DNA of 63,191 nucleotides, filler included, from Octopus bimaculoides (Eukaryota): assembly GCF_001194135.2 (NCBI RefSeq). It is 4 parts of 4 records of this genome, joined end to end, with 100 filler letters (N's around TTAATTAATTAA, not from the genome) between each part and the next. Parts side by side here need not be neighbours in the genome. Positions count along the whole stretch, not along the records: positions 61,049 to 63,191 come from NW_026414548.1; 3 more parts are not named here. One strand, given 5' to 3'. The position numbers were made by a program, and so were the translations under genes. The notes under the pieces are model-generated. The model was not told the DNA's origin. It saw nothing but the letters and a program-made list of their open reading frames with translations, and did not search any database. Positions 62,206 to 63,191 of the stretch are shown one piece after another (the first letter of the stretch is position 1; each line of letters begins with the position of its first letter).

Positions 62206-63071
62206 ACTTACTGTTTTTTATATGAAAATCAGAATAAGAGTTAGAAAGTCAGCACCAGAACCCCAACAAGCGAGATCGGAGCAGTTAATATTCAGTTTCA
62301 CTCTCTATTTGTGGAAGGTATGTGGCTTAGTGTTTAGGGTGTCAAACTCATGCGCCTAAAATTGTGGTTTCAATTCCTGAAGCGGAAGATGCGTCGTGCT
62401 CGTCAGCAAAACACGACTTGTTTCATGTTGTTCCAGTCCATCCAGCTGGCGAAAATGAGTAATCCTGCGACGGATTGGTATCCCGTCTAGGGTGTAGAAA
62501 TAAATATATGCACCATGGAAATCGGAAAACCGCTACATTTTGTTTATATGAGTTTATATGACGCAGGAATAATCCTGATTATCTATTTGTTGACGTTTAT
62601 ACGTTGAGGCATGGCCGAAGAAAACAGTCCAGAAAAGAGAAGTACGACAAGAAGCATTTAGTGCAGGTTCCTGAACAAGGATGTCATATGATCTTACTTT
62701 GTATTTACTTGTTCTACTGTGAAGATTAACTTGCTTCCAGGATGATTGAAAACGAATTTTGAAAACACAAAACATACAACAGAAAAGCATCTCGTCAAAC
62801 CTGACAATTCTTCCTAAACCTCTACACTGGAATGGTATTTTCAGCTCATCGTTCCAAAAGGACTGAAGTCAAAGTTGAAACGTGGTGAACCGCAAGGTAA
62901 ACTCATAGTCATTGCTGATCCTATCGATCAAAACACCCCTAATTTACCGCCATACGCGTTACACTAAAGTCTTTAGAATAAAAGATCACTTCGCTAACAA
63001 CTTTTATCATTGTGTTGATCTGGGTTTGTGCGAGTCTATTTGTAGGCGCATGTGTGGCGCTGCGAGTGAAC

Positions 63072-63104
<33 letters not shown>

Positions 63105-63144
63105 TGTGTGTTTGTATGTATATATGTATGCATGTACGTACGTA

Positions 63145-63191
<47 letters not shown>

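Overview
AT-rich, microsatellite-laden eukaryotic DNA with many assembly gaps. The SINE and LINE repertoire suggests a coleoid cephalopod, most likely Octopus (inference). I recognise no host protein-coding exon; the window looks intergenic or deep intronic, and most long ORFs in the track are microsatellite or N-gap artefacts or decayed transposon frames. Contents: two head-to-tail decayed Tx1/L1-clade LINEs (157-10913) embedded in (AAT)n, further Tx1, R4/Dong-like (RLE), RTE and CR1-group LINE fragments, a Tc1 DD34E transposase remnant, MITE-like elements and dozens of tRNA-derived SINEs. The most notable signal is five minimal type I hammerhead ribozyme motifs from three sequence-unrelated families (3549-3594, 3886-3931, 16617-16678, 26727-26766, 27072-27111). 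Four of them sit in inverted pairs, and one lies downstream of a tRNA-like Pol III head and (AAT)n spacer, forming a possible SINE/retrozyme hybrid. Three 100-bp gaps contain an artificial TTAATTAATTAA linker. All RNA folds and family assignments were made by eye and need computational confirmation.
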